A stretch of 64,000 bases of DNA, taken from NCBI GenBank assembly GCA_963830915.1, contig CAWHOE010000053.1, forward strand, positions 32,001-96,000. Reading direction: 5' to 3'. The position numbers and the translations under genes were made by a program. Position 1 is the first letter of the stretch; every line of letters starts with the position of its first letter. Origin of the DNA: a candidate division FCPU426 bacterium (GTDB lineage: Bacteria; Oederibacteriota; Muellerivitia; Muellerivitales; Muellerivitaceae). The notes beneath the pieces are model-generated. The model saw nothing but the letters and a program-made list of their open reading frames with translations. It was not told the DNA's origin and did not search any database. Shown here in pieces: positions 59,625-64,000 of this stretch.

Positions 59625-61878
59625 TCATTGCGGATAGTCGAGAGCTTCGGGGATCATCACCTTGGTCAAGGCGTCGGCCGCCCGGTCCTTGGCCAATCGG
59701 CTTCCGGTCAGGCAGGCGTCCAGTCTGGTACGCAGGCTGGTGAAGGTCTCCAAACCCGTCAATTTGACGCAGGGTCCGCGTTTGGCTGGATGATGGTTCT
59801 CTCCGTCCAATACGTCCGAATAACCCAGAGCGCCGCTCTCGATGCCGGGCATATAATTTTCCAGCCCAGCCAACTCGGCTTCGTTGAAACAGGTCATGCA
59901 GCCTTGGGCGTCCCATTCCGGGTGCTGATTGTACCCATAGACCAACTCGGCGCAGATGCGTCCGGCCTCACCCGCGGCGCGTGCGGCTTGGACCTGGCAC
60001 AGATCGGTCAGGAAAGCCATGGTGCCTGGCAGACCCTCGGCCAGGTTCGGATTGGACGGTCCCTTTTCTTCCAGTTCCAGCAAATCCAGTATCTGGCTGC
60101 GCGCGGCCAACAGCCAGGAAAGGGCGTCGGCCATGGGGAAGGTCACGCCCTGGCGGTTGGATTGGTACAGCTTGTGACCGCTGGCGTCCTCCGACTCTTG
60201 GAGGTGGTTCAGGGTCCACAGCCATAATTGCATGGCCGAACTCAAGGAGCAGGCGCCCGTCTCGGGCTTGGTGCCGGCGATGGACTTCAAGTCCAGGATC
60301 CAATGCTTGTACTGTTCCAGGAAAAGCGGTTGGGTCATGGTCATGGACATCTGGCGCCGCTGAACGGCTTCCGGACCCTCATAAGTGGCTTCCAACTGGG
60401 CGTCCATCCACTTGTGGCCCAGGAAACCCGGACAATCCTCGGTGATGCCGTAACCGCCCATCAGGCTCACGGCTTCCCGCAGGGCGTTGGCGCCCTCGCC
60501 CGTGTTCCAGAGCTTGGTGGCGGGACACATGACGTTGGCCAATGATTCCAGGATGGCGTATTGGACCAAGGTATCTTTTTCCAGCGCTTCGAATTGGGAC
60601 TTATTGCGGCGGCCCACCGGCATACGGGTCATCCGAAGGTATTCCAGGCTCTTTTCCTCGGCTTTGGCCATCTCTTTCATGACGGACCGGGCACCCTTGA
60701 CCCCTTTATCCGCCAGGATCTTGTCCTTCGCCCTTTCCAGGGGATCCAATTGGTCGTATAGCCGGGTGGTGGCGAAACCCAGCGAGGCTCCCGCCTCGCC
60801 CATGGCCCAAACATCGACCAACCGATGGAGGGCGTCCTGCTTGGTCTGGATACCTAGATCGTAACGGGGTGTTCCTGGCCGTGGCCTGGGTGCTGCCCCG
60901 GAACCTTTGGCGGTGATAACGGATGACCGGCTCAACGGCCGACAAAAGCTTGGCCGCGGTCATGAGGCCGACGGTAACACGGGTACGTTTGAATACCGCG
61001 TCAATTACCTCGCCGTGGCTGTAATTGGGAACGATCATGCCGTCCTTGACCGTATAGCCGCCCACGATGCGGGAGGCCGGTATCTTCACATGGAAGATCG
61101 GGTCCCGGGTGGACGAGAGCTGGTGGACAAGCTTCTTGGTGACGGCGCCCCGGTCGAAAACCCCCGGGTCGGTCTCTTCCAGGATGATCATGCAGGAGGA
61201 CTTGATGCGAGCGTCATCCGTATCGACGGCGGCAGTTATGAAATTGGCGTAGTCCATGTTGGTGATGAAACGTCCTCGTTTCTCCACTTCCAGGAGCGGT
61301 TCCTTCCCTTCTTTCCACTCAGCCACCCGCACCTTACCGCACAACATGCCCGTCTCCACGCCCACATAAGGAAGGGGTTCGGTCAGGGCGAAGGCCGCCC
61401 TTTGGGTCTTGCGGGCTTCTCCCGGCTTCGCGGGCGAAGCCAGGCTCATGTAATGTTTCACCTGCTCGGGGGTTCCCCGCTCATGGATGGGGGCCAATCC
61501 CAAGTTCCCGGCCAGGGATGCCGTGGCCGCCCCGCCGTCCACCCAGGCCAGCTCAAAGGCCACCAGGGCCATGACCAGGTTCTTAGGACCTTCCAACATG
61601 CCGCCATATTCGGGTTCCAAGAAAGCGGCAGTGATTCCGGACTCGTCATAGGTAGCTAAAAGGGAATTCTTGGCCTCGGTCCATTCGTGACTATTGCGCA
61701 CGCCCTGGGCCACCAGCCGGGCGACCGGCCCGCGGGCTACCGCTCGGGAGGATTGGACAAGCATTTGATAGTCGAAACGGTCGGCGTAGCGCCACATGAT
61801 CTGCCGGATTTCGTCCCCTGGCAGGGTCTGCAAGATCGGCCTTATGGTTGATTTTTCCGAAGTTGGGCTGTTAGACAT
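59625..61878 (-). CDS. Long acyl-CoA dehydrogenase family protein, split by a +1 frameshift near 60880
   Basis: AFALTEP, GRFITN, RQRF, MGGYG, ATYEGP. Removing one base at 60879-60880 joins the two ORF-track pieces as RFRGSTQATPGTPRYD. Confidence 0.88.
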
Positions 61879-62432
61879 GGGGGTCTCCCTCACTTGTGTA
61901 ATGTATGTTTGATCGGTGGATTAAAAAGGCCCGGCCATCCTCTATCAGGGCTCCATGTTATGGATTATTGGGGTTTTCAATATGATTTAAATCAGCAGAA
62001 TATGAATCATTTGGGGAATATAAGACCGAAATTTAAAAGCTTTTTTCCAAAATACACCTGGCAAAAGGCCAAATGAAATTGGCCTTTGATATATCCATAA
62101 ACTGTCACGCCAGTTGGCCCCGATATTCCAAAACAAAAATAAACTTCACAGCATCCTCGTGATCCATGCCGAACCACGATCCTGACCGGATATTTCTTTT
62201 GCCTTCGGACAATTCCCTTTTGAACTGGATCCGCCCAATATCCCCATGCCCCCCAAGGCGGAACTATTCCAAGTAATCCGGCTTACAAAAATGTAAAAAA
62301 TATTATTTTTCAGCCGTTTAACCTTGATGAATACGCTTTCACGGCCAGGGGGATTATTTTTCGTTGGATTTATGACCTATAATATTCGCTCTGATTGAAC
62401 TCAGAAAAATAACTTTTTCAACGGAACCTTAT

Positions 62433-63506
62433 ATGGCAACCCTTTCCTCGGTCAATAAACGGGCTTATACCAAGAAAGTACCTCTCTTTTTCTTTCTAGC
62501 GCTTCTTCTCTTTTCCGTGGTGCCCAGCGAGCTATTTTATTTTTACAGCCATAACCTGGTCCTATCCCTGATGGTCTGCGGAGGAGCCGTAGCGGTTTTC
62601 TGCCTTTGGTGGTTCCTCTTCCAGTGGCAGACAGCCGTCACCTGGCTTTGCCGATTGCAGATCGTCCTCTTCAAAACCGGCGCCCTTCCCGATGATTACC
62701 GTTTCTCGGACGATGGCGGACCCTTGGAAGTCCAATCCCGGATCGATGACGTGGTCAAGACCGCCTCCACCGTTGTCCAGGAAACCAAGCAGAATCTTGC
62801 CACTACCCGTCACACCCTGGATAAGTACCTCGGTTCCCAGGCTTCACGTCATGCGGTCAAGGATGGGTCCTCCTCCACTTTGGGCGGACAGCTTCAGAAC
62901 GTGTTCATACTTTTCTCCGACATCCGCGGATTCACCGCCATGACCGAGGAACTGAACTCCCAAGAGACCATGAGGACCCTGAACCAGATCTTCTCGCTTC
63001 TGTCGGTAGCGGTCGAGAAACAAGGCGGGGAGATCAACAAATTCATCGGGGACGCCATCCTGGCCTATTTCAAAAGGTCCCCCGACCCAGAGAGCGAACG
63101 GTCCGAGGGCGAGAAGGTCCTGAAGGCCGCCTTCGAGATGCATGAAAAATTCACCCACGTGGTGAACAATAACAACGAACTGAAAGCGCACAACGTGAAG
63201 ATAGGCCTGGGGATAGGCATCGTGGCGGGAAAAGCCATCATGGGCAACCTGGGGTCGCGCAACCGGATGGAATTCACCCTCATTGGGGAGTCGGTCAACC
63301 TGGCCTCCCGCCTCTGCAGTATCACCCCAGAGAACGAGATATTGGTGAACGAGCAGTTGGCCATGTTGGTCAATGACAAGTTCCATATCGAGTCCCGCAT
63401 GCCGGTGCAGTTGAAAGGGATGAAAGAGAAAACCACTCCCTACTGCGTGCTGGGGCCCTTGAGCAACTTGTCCCGCAATATTCCCGACCCGACTCCGTCG
63501 GTTTAA
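62433..63506 (+). CDS. Membrane-anchored class III adenylate/guanylate cyclase
   Basis: Two TM helices; LFSDIRGFT, NKFIGDAILAYF, GNLGS..RMEFTLIGESVNLASRL, VQLKG. Confidence 0.93.
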   Translation: MATLSSVNKRAYTKKVPLFFFLALLLFSVVPSELFYFYSHNLVLSLMVCGGAVAVFCLWWFLFQWQTAVTWLCRLQIVLFKTGALPDDYRFSDDGGPLEVQSRIDDVVKTASTVVQETKQNLATTRHTLDKYLGSQASRHAVKDGSSSTLGGQLQNVFILFSDIRGFTAMTEELNSQETMRTLNQIFSLLSVAVEKQGGEINKFIGDAILAYFKRSPDPESERSEGEKVLKAAFEMHEKFTHVVNNNNELKAHNVKIGLGIGIVAGKAIMGNLGSRNRMEFTLIGESVNLASRLCSITPENEILVNEQLAMLVNDKFHIESRMPVQLKGMKEKTTPYCVLGPLSNLSRNIPDPTPSV

Positions 63507-63617
63507 GTTTTTTTCATCCCACTGGATGAATCTCAAACTCTTTAATTTATTTATATTCTTTTTATGTCACCGCTAAAAATACCTTTTTGGTTCGGTCGAA
63601 TTAAATAAAACCCTTCC

Positions 63618-63642
63618 TATGTCTCTGTGACTCTGTGGTGAA
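63618..63642. repeat. Second copy (single arm) of the REP-like element
   Basis: Reverse complement TTCACCACAGAGTCACAGAGACATA matches 57661-57685 at 23 of 25 positions. Confidence 0.7.
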
Positions 63643-63655
63643 TTCGATAAATGGC

Positions 63656-64000
63656 CTATTTTTTCCCGTCCAATCCAGGGTTCTTCAATAAGAACCAGAA
63701 AACCGTTATTCCCGCCATAACCGCGAAACCAAAAGCCCAGCCATACCCGGCGTGAGCGGCCACCCAACCGGCGAAAAGTGGCGCGAAGAAATACCAGGGT
63801 CCCATCAGGGTATTGAAAAAACCCGTATGGATGCTGGTTTGCCCCCGGCCCGCCAGGTTCAGGTTCACCACCGAATTGATGACCGGAAATGAGTTCACCA
63901 GACAACCCAGACAGGCGAACCCCAAAGCGTTGAGGGTCGGCGTCTTGCATAACCCGATAAGGCCGAGGGTCAAAAGCCCCGCCGCCGCGGCGATAGCGTA
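63656..64000 (-). CDS. C-terminal part of a probable MFS transporter (start beyond the right edge)
   Basis: Hydrophobic helices ending GFFNTLMGP...APLFAGWVAAHAGYGWAF. Confidence 0.7.
   Translation of the reverse strand, partial: YAIAAAAGLLTLGLIGLCKTPTLNALGFACLGCLVNSFPVINSVVNLNLAGRGQTSIHTGFFNTLMGPWYFFAPLFAGWVAAHAGYGWAFGFAVMAGITVFWFLLKNPGLDGKK

Noticed and set aside
61894..62432. Hidden small gene or ncRNA in the long intergenic region
   Set aside because: Only short ORFs without SD or motifs, and no RNA family recognisable by eye.

Overview
Bacterial chromosomal window with about 45 CDS and no rRNA, tRNA, CRISPR array or intact mobile element that I can recognise. Outer-membrane barrel genes indicate a diderm organism. 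Contents: housekeeping genes (rpe, ffh, comM, two pilT); signalling genes (multi-PAS sensor, two GAF-GGDEF cyclases, a class III nucleotide cyclase, two stand-alone cNMP-binding proteins); an Ni/Co ECF transporter next to a beta-carbonic anhydrase; an acyl-CoA dehydrogenase/FixCX-like/ETF operon; and a respiratory operon joining a Rieske protein and cytochrome b to two CydA-like subunits, one carrying a c-type heme. The strongest signal is five dispersed secreted proteins (GH44, GH5+CBM, IgGFc-binding, GH74-like, one unknown). All have a long Thr-x-Thr linker and a shared ~90-aa C-terminal domain ([YW]PNP...G[LI]YY...K[LI]LxxR) that resembles a T9SS type A sorting signal, although nothing here clearly marks the host as Bacteroidota. 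Also notable is a probable metal-responsive stalling leader (CxxC...SPPPR) upstream of a CxxCxC outer-membrane barrel. Four single-base frameshifts suggest sequencing or assembly indel errors. All calls come from reading the sequence and recognising motifs; no searches were run.
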